Below are positions 8,446-15,307 of a stretch of 64,000 nt of DNA, piece after piece. Where the stretch lies: positions 449 through 64,448 of the IMG/VR virus record IMGVR_UViG_3300005989_000005. One strand, given 5' to 3'. Below the pieces are notes generated by a model. That model was not told the DNA's origin. It ran no database searches and saw only the letters and a program-made list of their open reading frames with translations. The position numbers were made by a program, and so were the translations under genes. This DNA is from a virus (lineage: Duplodnaviria; Caudoviricetes). Numbering within the stretch: the stretch's first letter is position 1; each line of letters starts with the position of its first letter.

Positions 8446-8485
8446 GCGTGCGCTTAGGCGCACGGATTTTATGATAGGAAAACGC

Positions 8486-8517
8486 AATAAAAAGGGCCAG
8501 CCCGAAGGCCAGCCCTT
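8486..8517 (-). terminator. Rho-independent terminator
   Basis: AAGGGCTGGCC-TTCG-GGCTGGCCCTT followed by TTTATT. Confidence 0.8.
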
Positions 8518-8544
8518 AATTGAAAGGAACGCTATGCGTTCCCC

Positions 8545-9138
8545 TTAGAAGTCGGGCTGAAACACCGTCACACCATTGACCACGCTCTTCTGAACAGGGG
8601 CAGACGTAACCACCTCAGCCGCCAATTCCTTTTGCAGCATGGCAATGATTTCACCCACATTGAACCCATCGGCCTTGAGCTTATCGGCATAGGTCTTGAG
8701 GTGCTTGACCACCTTGGTCTTTGCCTCATCCGTCACCTCGCGCTCAGCCTTGGGGGCCTTGGGAAGAGCCTTGCCCAATTCCTTGTCATCCCACGACATG
8801 CCCTTGGCGACAGCCTCACGGATCACACCATAGGTGTTGCTGCCACGCAGGTCAAATTCGCCCATCCAGCCCATGACAAACTCACCGCCCGTGGCGTGTT
8901 TCTTGTTCGTCTTGAACGTCAGCTTGTCACCGAAAGCCTGACGGATGATTGCGCCAACACGCGCCCCTTGCCCATGCTGACGAGCAGACATGACGAAACG
9001 GGACAGAGCATCCCAATCACGATGCTTGGCCGTGCGTTCAATGCACTTGTGCAGAAGGGCAAGGCCCTCAACACCATTCTGTTTGCGAGACGCCCACAGG
9101 GTTTGAACCTGAACGTCAAGAGAGATAGCTTTTCCCAT
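8545..9138 (-). CDS. Early hypothetical protein (GC-richer codon usage)
   Basis: 197-aa ORF followed by a terminator. Confidence 0.75.
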   Translation of the reverse strand: MGKAISLDVQVQTLWASRKQNGVEGLALLHKCIERTAKHRDWDALSRFVMSARQHGQGARVGAIIRQAFGDKLTFKTNKKHATGGEFVMGWMGEFDLRGSNTYGVIREAVAKGMSWDDKELGKALPKAPKAEREVTDEAKTKVVKHLKTYADKLKADGFNVGEIIAMLQKELAAEVVTSAPVQKSVVNGVTVFQPDF

Positions 9139-9213
9139 GATAACCTCATCAATTATCTGTTAATGGTGCGACATTACACCTAGCAGCACACCACACGGAT
9201 GTGCTGTCCGTTG

Positions 9214-9351
9214 TCATGTCATACGATAGACAATCACCACACCAAAGGTGTGGATTTGTCTGTAGCCACGTTCACGACGTTCAGCAAGCCAAACGTATTC
9301 AGGGACAGACTCACGATTGCCTGCCTGATCCTCTTTTAGATATTGGTTCAT
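9214..9351 (-). CDS. Putative 45-aa early peptide
   Basis: MNQYLKEDQAG...; adjacent to the upstream stop. Confidence 0.4.
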   Translation of the reverse strand: MNQYLKEDQAGNRESVPEYVWLAERRERGYRQIHTFGVVIVYRMT

Positions 9352-9492
9352 TTAATACCATGCCTCACAAGCCTCAGAAGTCATAGCCCAAAGAAACCAT
9401 GTTTCACAACACGGTTGCACAGACTCAACGTCAAATTGTTCCGACGCCATGTCCAACAAGTCAAAATCCTGAAACCCATCTTCACGTTCCAT
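9352..9492 (-). CDS. Putative 46-aa acidic early peptide
   Basis: MEREDGFQDFDLLDMASEQFDVES...AWY. Confidence 0.4.
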   Translation of the reverse strand: MEREDGFQDFDLLDMASEQFDVESVQPCCETWFLWAMTSEACEAWY

Positions 9493-9568
9493 AGCAAGCC
9501 CCCACAATTCCTATCATGTTTCCCTAATCAAGGCAGCCTCAAACAAGGCTGACTAGAAAGAGGAAAGG

Positions 9569-9814
9569 GAGGCGCATCCTACACCCATTGGATGTAACGG
9601 GGCTGGCCCCGCTTAGATTGCGCCTCACCTAATTGTTTCTGTTTGTGAGCTTTCACTGGCGGTTGACCCAATGAAGGTTCAACCGCTCCCTCTAGCCGTT
9701 CCGCACGTCTGCACTGTCGCGTCAACAAAGGACTCTAGGTCCAAGGATATGCCGTTAATCATTCGCGTTCTAGCTAGGGCAGAAAGCCCTTTTCATGCAC
9801 AGGGAATTTTCCCT
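9569..9814 (-). ncRNA. Candidate structured non-coding RNA
   Basis: Three-way junction at 9569-9626 plus four further hairpins; no convincing ORF. Confidence 0.3.
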
Positions 9815-10066
9815 TTCACCCTTTCACTTGGCGACACAATGTCCAGTGCCACAGGTCCAAGCTATCGGCTTAGTGCATGGCGCTACCTCTTAGCGCATAG
9901 ATGGACACACAGTCAGACACAAAGAACATCTTACCACATGTCGTGTCACAACAGGCAAGCCCGTCATGCCACTAGCGGCAATCAATCCAGTCTGACACTT
10001 GTGTGTCACGCTTTTCAATGGACACTAACGTGTCCGGCCTAGCCGCATAGCTTGACCATAGAAACG

Positions 10067-10095
10067 AACCTAACATGATTCGCTTGTATAGTCAA
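10067..10095 (-). promoter_or_regulatory. Early sigma70-type promoter with GANTC in spacer
   Basis: TTGACT-N17-TAGGTT; CGAATCA 7 nt after -35. Confidence 0.7.
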
Positions 10096-10126
10096 GCCCC
10101 AAGGAAAGGGGCAAGACAGGCAAGGC

Positions 10127-10585
10127 TTATGCCTTGCGAATGATCACAACATTAGATGCACTCTTACCAGCCCGCTTGAACGGCGAGTCCTTGCGAGGGA
10201 CGACAACTTTACGTTGTCCCTCTTTCCAAGCCGGATCACGCGGTATAGCATCATTGTCAGGATGATCCATGATAACTTGAGTCTCATAAGACCCATCACC
10301 CCGCATATGGGCAATAGTGTGAACCCTTGCGGCAATGGCATTACCATGACGTGACAGCTTACCTGCCATAGTCCTAACCTTGCAACCGTCGCTAAGACGG
10401 TGAACAGAGTCCATCTTGTCAGACACAATCAACTCATCAGGCTTGTCTTGCCCATTGGCAAACACAATGCTTGTGCATCTTGCCTTGTCATTGCTGACAG
10501 GCATATGACGTTCTCTGTTCCAGCGTTCCACACGCTTGGCAGAGAGAGCAAGACGCGCCTTGTCTTTTGACGATAGGTTGCTCAT
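10127..10585 (-). CDS. First early protein, hypothetical, basic
   Basis: Start MSNLSS after AAGGGAG; directly downstream of the promoter array. Confidence 0.7.
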   Translation of the reverse strand: MSNLSSKDKARLALSAKRVERWNRERHMPVSNDKARCTSIVFANGQDKPDELIVSDKMDSVHRLSDGCKVRTMAGKLSRHGNAIAARVHTIAHMRGDGSYETQVIMDHPDNDAIPRDPAWKEGQRKVVVPRKDSPFKRAGKSASNVVIIRKA

Positions 10586-10649
10586 TACATTCGCTCCCTT
10601 TCCAGTTGTGCATTGTGTCGCCACAATACAACGGCTTTTCATACTCACA

Positions 10650-10678
10650 GTCTTAAAGCGATTCGTTTAGCTTGTCAA
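10650..10678 (-). promoter_or_regulatory. Early sigma70-type promoter with GANTC in spacer
   Basis: TTGACA-N17-TAAGAC; CGAATCG 7 nt after -35. Confidence 0.7.
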
Positions 10679-10734
10679 TCCTTTTCAGCTTGTCGCCTAC
10701 TTGCGGATCAATCCACCTCATCGCCTTGCCCCAT

Positions 10735-10763
10735 TGTCTAAACTGATTCGCGTCTAGTGTCAA
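10735..10763 (-). promoter_or_regulatory. Early sigma70-type promoter with GANTC in spacer
   Basis: TTGACA-N17-TAGACA; CGAATCA 7 nt after -35. Confidence 0.7.
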
Positions 10764-10848
10764 CAGGTTTATTCTGCTCTAGCTTGTCGCGCTAGTGTCG
10801 CCCTACTCTGCGCCGCGCTAGTCGCTGGCCGTCTTGGGTATGTCACAA

Positions 10849-10877
10849 GGTATGAGCCGATTCGCTTCCCTTGTCCA
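10849..10877 (-). promoter_or_regulatory. Early promoter with GANTC in spacer
   Basis: TGGACA-N17-CATACC; CGAATCG 7 nt after -35. Confidence 0.55.
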
Positions 10878-10981
10878 GCCTCTTTCTCACCTCCCCTTCA
10901 CATTCATTCCCTTGCATATCTCGTCTTTGATTGTGTATAGATTCCCGCGTGTAGTTATACACTCGCGCGTATGTGAACCTC

Positions 10982-11010
10982 GCGTTATCTGGGCTTAGGT
11001 GATTCGTCAA
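10982..11010 (-). promoter_or_regulatory. Early promoter, GANTC overlapping -35
   Basis: TTGACG-N17-TAACGC. Confidence 0.5.
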
Positions 11011-11073
11011 CCCCCCGTTACCCTTTGTTTCTGTATTATCACTAGCTTTTGATTGTGGGTGATTCGGTTGGCG

Positions 11074-11102
11074 CGAATAGCATGGTTTGATTGTGTAGTC
11101 AA
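11074..11102 (-). promoter_or_regulatory. Early promoter
   Basis: TTGACT-N17-TATTCG; CGAATCA just downstream. Confidence 0.55.
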
Positions 11103-11149
11103 CTCCCCTCGCTCTCTCCCTTTATGAATAAGTGTTCACATATGCCTAA

Positions 11150-11870
11150 CGGGTATGGGGGGCATGGGCCAAGGGGGGTTAAGGGGTTGATTATATACAA
11201 CAATTGCCAAAAAACTGAGATTTTGGGTGTAAACTACATAATACCCCGTCGCCATACACATCTGTAATAGGTGACTGAACAATCTATCCCTTCTTTCGTC
11301 TGCTCCGCAGGAGTTTTCCTACATTAAGGAGGAGCAAAGCCTTGCTCCGACGACCTAAAGGTCATATATTATATAAACGAGGGGCGACTACCGTCGAAAA
11401 AGAATCGAGTAAAATCAACAGTTTGTAAAATAGTTGTAAAAATGTTCATTTTTTCTGTCACAAATGGGGTGTTTTTAGCATATATATAAGTAGGGGACTA
11501 TGAAAAGCTAGTCTTCTGGGGCAAGGTCAGTTAGAGACGAGGGAATATAATTCTTCGTTCCTGTGTCTAACTTCCTAAGGCTCCCTAACCCACCAGAAAA
11601 ACCCTTGCTATAATTATGTCTATTGTTTAGATGTTCTCTTAGTAAGATTTTCTGGGGGGTAAGGGGGGCTTAGGTAGTTAGATAACAGGGAATATAATAT
11701 AACTATTATATAAGAAGCTTTCAACTAACGTTAGTTAGACAGAGAAGCTTCCCAGATGTTTAGTAATGTGATGTCATTGTGTCGTTTAGCGACGCTATGT
11801 TCTTAGTATGAATGAGGTAGGGGCGTGGGATTGTTTGTTACCCCAGACTACTTTTTGTGATGACATCACT
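11150..11870. other. Non-coding divergence region, probable genome termini / origin
   Basis: No ORFs; TATATA tracts, G-runs and an imperfect inverted repeat; lies between the divergent early and late arms. Confidence 0.5.
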
Positions 11871-11883
11871 TTCGTAAACATTA

Positions 11884-11958
11884 GCCCTTGAAGCCTTTAA
11901 GGATGAGGTCGGCTCTTGTAAAGCCGGGAAGCAGGTTCAATTCCTGACTGGGGCACCA
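11884..11958 (+). tRNA. trnT: tRNA-Thr(UGU), atypical
   Basis: Anticodon arm CGGCT-CTTGTAA-AGCCG, T loop TTCAATT, 3' GGGGCACCA; mismatches in acceptor and T stems, A at position 8. Confidence 0.75.
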
Positions 11959-11973
11959 ATTTTTGAGGATATT

Positions 11974-12258
11974 ATGGCTACAGACCCAAGGCTGGCTAGA
12001 GCAGGTGTCTCTGGCTATAACAAACCTAAACGAACACCAGATCACCCAAAGAAGTCTCACATTGTCGTTGCTAAAGAAGGCGACAAAGTGAAGACCATTC
12101 GTTTTGGTGAGCAAGGGGCTTCCACAGCTGGTGCTCCCAAAGCTGGTGAAAGTGAACGAATGAAAAAGAAAAGGGCTTCGTTTAAGGCTCGTCATTCAAA
12201 GAACATTGCCAAGGGTAAGATGTCTGCGGCTTATTGGGCAGACAAGGCTAAGTGGTAA
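11974..12258 (+). CDS. Conserved basic phage protein
   Basis: IRFGEQG...SFKARH..NI...SAAYWA...W pattern. Confidence 0.8.
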   Translation: MATDPRLARAGVSGYNKPKRTPDHPKKSHIVVAKEGDKVKTIRFGEQGASTAGAPKAGESERMKKKRASFKARHSKNIAKGKMSAAYWADKAKW

Positions 12259-12259
12259 G

Positions 12260-12424
12260 ATGGCAGACATCACCCCCAAAAACCAGTTAATTGATAAACG
12301 CTCCATTCCTGTAGTCTTTCCTCGTTTTCAAAAGGTTCAGCCTGCTGATAACGAAAAAACTTTCCTTGAGGATTTTTGGGATGACACGCGGTTTTGGAAC
12401 GATAGAAATGTTTGGGGTAGTTGA
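12260..12424 (+). CDS. 54-aa putative virion adaptor ending in W-x-D-x3-W-x-D-x3-W
   Basis: ...[16 protein letters not shown]; TGATG overlap with the collagen fibre gene. Confidence 0.65.
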   Translation: MADITPKNQLIDKRSIPVVFPRFQKVQPADNEKTFLEDFWDDTRFWNDRNVWGS

Positions 12425-12963
12425 TGCCTACGTTTGAAGACAGAGAGAGCCTCTCCCTTATTAGGGAAAAACTAAACAACGCTATTATAGCTGCTGAAAC
12501 TGTTACAGGTCTTCCCGGTCCACAAGGACCATCTGGTCCTCAAGGGGTTCCGGGACCAACGGGGCCTCAAGGGCCTCAAGGTGTTCAAGGAGAAACAGGA
12601 CCAACCGGGCCTACAGGTTCTACAGGACCACAAGGCATTCCCGGACCCGCTGGTCCCACAGGTGCTACAGGGGCCACAGGCCCCACAGGGCCTCAAGGAG
12701 AGACAGGACCAGCTGGTCCAACGGGTGCAACAGGGCCACAAGGCCTTATTGGACTCACTGGCCCTACAGGGGCTACAGGCCCAGCTGGGGCTAATGGAGC
12801 CAACGGGGCAACCGGAGCTACAGGACCAGCAGGTGCAGATGGTGTGGGGGTTCCTGTAGGAGGCCTTACAGGACAAGCTTTGACAAAAGCTTCTGCTACA
12901 AATTTTGACACGGCTTGGACAACAATCACTGGCTCAAGTCCTATTATGGCGTGGGTGATTTAA
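12424..12963 (+). CDS. Collagen-like fibre protein
   Basis: Long G-X-Y repeat; N-terminus [21 protein letters not shown] resembles that of the 15308 protein. Confidence 0.9.
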   Translation: MPTFEDRESLSLIREKLNNAIIAAETVTGLPGPQGPSGPQGVPGPTGPQGPQGVQGETGPTGPTGSTGPQGIPGPAGPTGATGATGPTGPQGETGPAGPTGATGPQGLIGLTGPTGATGPAGANGANGATGATGPAGADGVGVPVGGLTGQALTKASATNFDTAWTTITGSSPIMAWVI

Positions 12964-14151
12964 TTGATCAATCTTACTAGTACAAGCGATGTGCTTCGTA
13001 TCGTTACAAGTTCGGCTGCACAAATTGAATGTCACGCTTCGTGGGCAGATTTTAATGGTACAGTGGTCAGCTTAGGTCGGCAAAATACACCAGCTATTAC
13101 CACAGCTACAACAACAACTGTTGTCCCTTCTCCGGGTTCAGGGGTTCAACGAAATGTTAAGCATTTAAACATTACTAACGATCACGCCAGCCTGCCTTGT
13201 ACAATCACTGTTGAGCATTTTGAAGGGACTACAGCTTCGGAGCTAGTGGCTGTAACGCTTATTAGTGGCGAAAACATGGTGCTGGGCGAGGATGGGCGCT
13301 GGACGCACTACGACGCCAACGGGGCTGTCTATCCACCCGCAGGCAAGGGCGCATATGACGGCTACCCCGTCGTGTTTATGAAGTCAGGCACGGCGGCGGA
13401 TACTGTTGGATACTGGTATTGCACGGCCAAGGATGCGGGCTTTCCGGGGGCATGGTCGCCGGGAACGCCGGGGATTAACGGGCGAGTGACTGACGGCACG
13501 GCATCACCTGATAACGGCTGTCTACCAATTCGCAACCCCGCCATCGGGGCAAATTTCCTGACCGAGTTGACTATGGGGGCATCGGTCAACCACAGCCATT
13601 TGTTCTTCGATGTGCTTTGGGTCAATTCCGGCATTGTCGTTACCACTACCACAGCACAAACTATTACAACACCAACATTACCAGCCCGTGACGTAAATGG
13701 TACGACCAACGGCGAAGGCTGCATGATTGGGATGCTAACAACCACCGCGAATACTAACGCAGCGGTTATTTCCAACAGCACAGTAACCTATACCAACTCG
13801 GACGGGGTAGGGGGCAGGACAGCCACGCTTTCGGCCATTGCGGGCTCACAAATCCCGGCAACCCCAGTTCTTGGGACGCTGATTTGGTTTAACTTGCAAG
13901 CCGGGGATAAAGGTGTTCGATCTATTGAATCAGTTACGCTAGGTACGTCATTAGGTGCTGGGGCTGTATCACTGTTCATTGCCAGAGACTTAGCAAATAT
14001 CGGGACAAGCCTCGTTAACGTACAATTCACCCGTCGTTTAAGCGATCCGGGTGTAAGGCTCTACAACGGCACCTGCATGTTGCATTGCGTTCTGGCGTCA
14101 GCAACCACCGCCACATTCTTTAATGGCGAAATTGTTATTCAAGAAAAGTAG
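12964..14151 (+). CDS. Virion structural/fibre tip protein
   Basis: TTG start abutting the previous stop; Thr/Gly-rich, beta-rich composition. Confidence 0.7.
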   Translation: MINLTSTSDVLRIVTSSAAQIECHASWADFNGTVVSLGRQNTPAITTATTTTVVPSPGSGVQRNVKHLNITNDHASLPCTITVEHFEGTTASELVAVTLISGENMVLGEDGRWTHYDANGAVYPPAGKGAYDGYPVVFMKSGTAADTVGYWYCTAKDAGFPGAWSPGTPGINGRVTDGTASPDNGCLPIRNPAIGANFLTELTMGASVNHSHLFFDVLWVNSGIVVTTTTAQTITTPTLPARDVNGTTNGEGCMIGMLTTTANTNAAVISNSTVTYTNSDGVGGRTATLSAIAGSQIPATPVLGTLIWFNLQAGDKGVRSIESVTLGTSLGAGAVSLFIARDLANIGTSLVNVQFTRRLSDPGVRLYNGTCMLHCVLASATTATFFNGEIVIQEK

Positions 14152-14174
14152 ACTCAAGCACTTAAAGGGCAAAC

Positions 14175-14420
14175 ATGTCATTTCCTCAATACACCTCCAT
14201 TGCTGACGCTCCTGCGTTAGATGCAATTGAAATCACTCCGGGAGCTTCTCCCCTTTCGTCTGTTGTTCGCGGTCTTATGGCTGCTGGCACAGGGACAGCT
14301 ACAGTTATTACTTTTCGTGGTAACACAGTAACTATTCCCCTTGTTGCAGGAGCAGTGGTTCCAATTGTTTGCACACATGTTACAGCTGCTACAGCCACAG
14401 GAATTGTTGGCCTCGTTTAA
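14175..14420 (+). CDS. Head-spike base protein (RcGTA GhsA/Rcc01079-like)
   Basis: A..ITP...L...RGL..G.G...V...G.TVT...AG.VVPI..V.A.ATGIVGL pattern; precedes an LGLGL protein. Confidence 0.75.
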   Translation: MSFPQYTSIADAPALDAIEITPGASPLSSVVRGLMAAGTGTATVITFRGNTVTIPLVAGAVVPIVCTHVTAATATGIVGLV

Positions 14421-14430
14421 GGAGTAGATT

Positions 14431-15228
14431 ATGGGCCTTGGTATCGGTTTAGGCCTTAGTTTAGGCCAGAGTGGTTATGCGTTTGGCAGTGCGCCTCCCG
14501 CGTTTTCGCCTGCGGATCTGTTCCTTTCGTCAGAGCCTGGCGTGTGGGGGCAAGCCGCCTTGGCTGACCTATGGCAGGACGTGGCGCGCACGACGCCGGT
14601 AACGTCGGCGGGACAACCCGTCGGCTCTTGGCGGCTCTACACGTCCAGCGGCGTAACCTACGCAACACAAGCAACGGCAGGCGCGCGTCCCACATACGAA
14701 ATCGACAGCAACGGGCGCGGGCGCATTCAGTTTGGGGCAGGCAAAAGGATGCAAGCCCCCACGATCACCCCCGGAACAGACAAGGTGCAGGCCATTATCA
14801 CGCTGTCCACTGTCGGGACGGGGACTGAGGTGTTTCTGGAAATGAGTCCAATCAGCGACGGCAACAACGGCGTGTTTTTCCTTTACCAAGCCGTTGGTTC
14901 TACGCGGTGGCGCAGCAAGGGCACGACAGCAGCAGACGCAACATTTTTAATTCCCACGCCGCCTGACCAATACGTTTTGACAGGCCTTGGGGACATCAGC
15001 GGCGATGTTTCAATCATTCGCAAAGACGGCGTTCAGGTCGGCTCAAACCCCGGCGACCAAGGGACAGGCAATTACCTTGCATACGCCCTGAACATTGGGG
15101 ACCGCGATGGAGGGGGCATTCCTCTGCTTGGTGCAATGTATGGTTTTATCGTGCGCTTTGGCCCCGCTCTTTCTGGGCCTCAATTGGCTGATGCGGAGGC
15201 TTGGGCAAGCGCCCTCAGAAACCCTTAA
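14431..15228 (+). CDS. Head fibre (RcGTA GhsB/Rcc01080-like N-anchor); possible -1 extended form to 15308
   Basis: N-terminal MGLGIGLGLSL anchor; lectin-like beta-rich body. Confidence 0.75.
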   Translation: MGLGIGLGLSLGQSGYAFGSAPPAFSPADLFLSSEPGVWGQAALADLWQDVARTTPVTSAGQPVGSWRLYTSSGVTYATQATAGARPTYEIDSNGRGRIQFGAGKRMQAPTITPGTDKVQAIITLSTVGTGTEVFLEMSPISDGNNGVFFLYQAVGSTRWRSKGTTAADATFLIPTPPDQYVLTGLGDISGDVSIIRKDGVQVGSNPGDQGTGNYLAYALNIGDRDGGGIPLLGAMYGFIVRFGPALSGPQLADAEAWASALRNP

Positions 15229-15256
15229 CGCCCCCGTTCGTGCTTGCGAGCGGGGC
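15219..15256 (+). other. Candidate -1 ribosomal frameshift signal (A_AAC_CCT plus hairpin)
   Basis: X_XXY_YYZ heptamer immediately before the stop; GC-rich stem-loop at 15230-15256; the -1 frame ends in TAATG overlap with the next gene. Confidence 0.5.
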
Positions 15257-15307
15257 TTGGAATGACGCGGGCGAGTGGTCCGATACTGCAACGTGGAGTG
15301 ACACCTA

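Noticed and set aside
9569-9760. Hammerhead or group II intron domain V resemblance
   Set aside because: No CUGAUGA/GAAA core and no proper domain V/VI; kept only as an unclassified structured region.
12472-12929. Alternative-frame ORFs over the collagen gene
   Set aside because: They arise from the stop-poor G-X-Y repeat.
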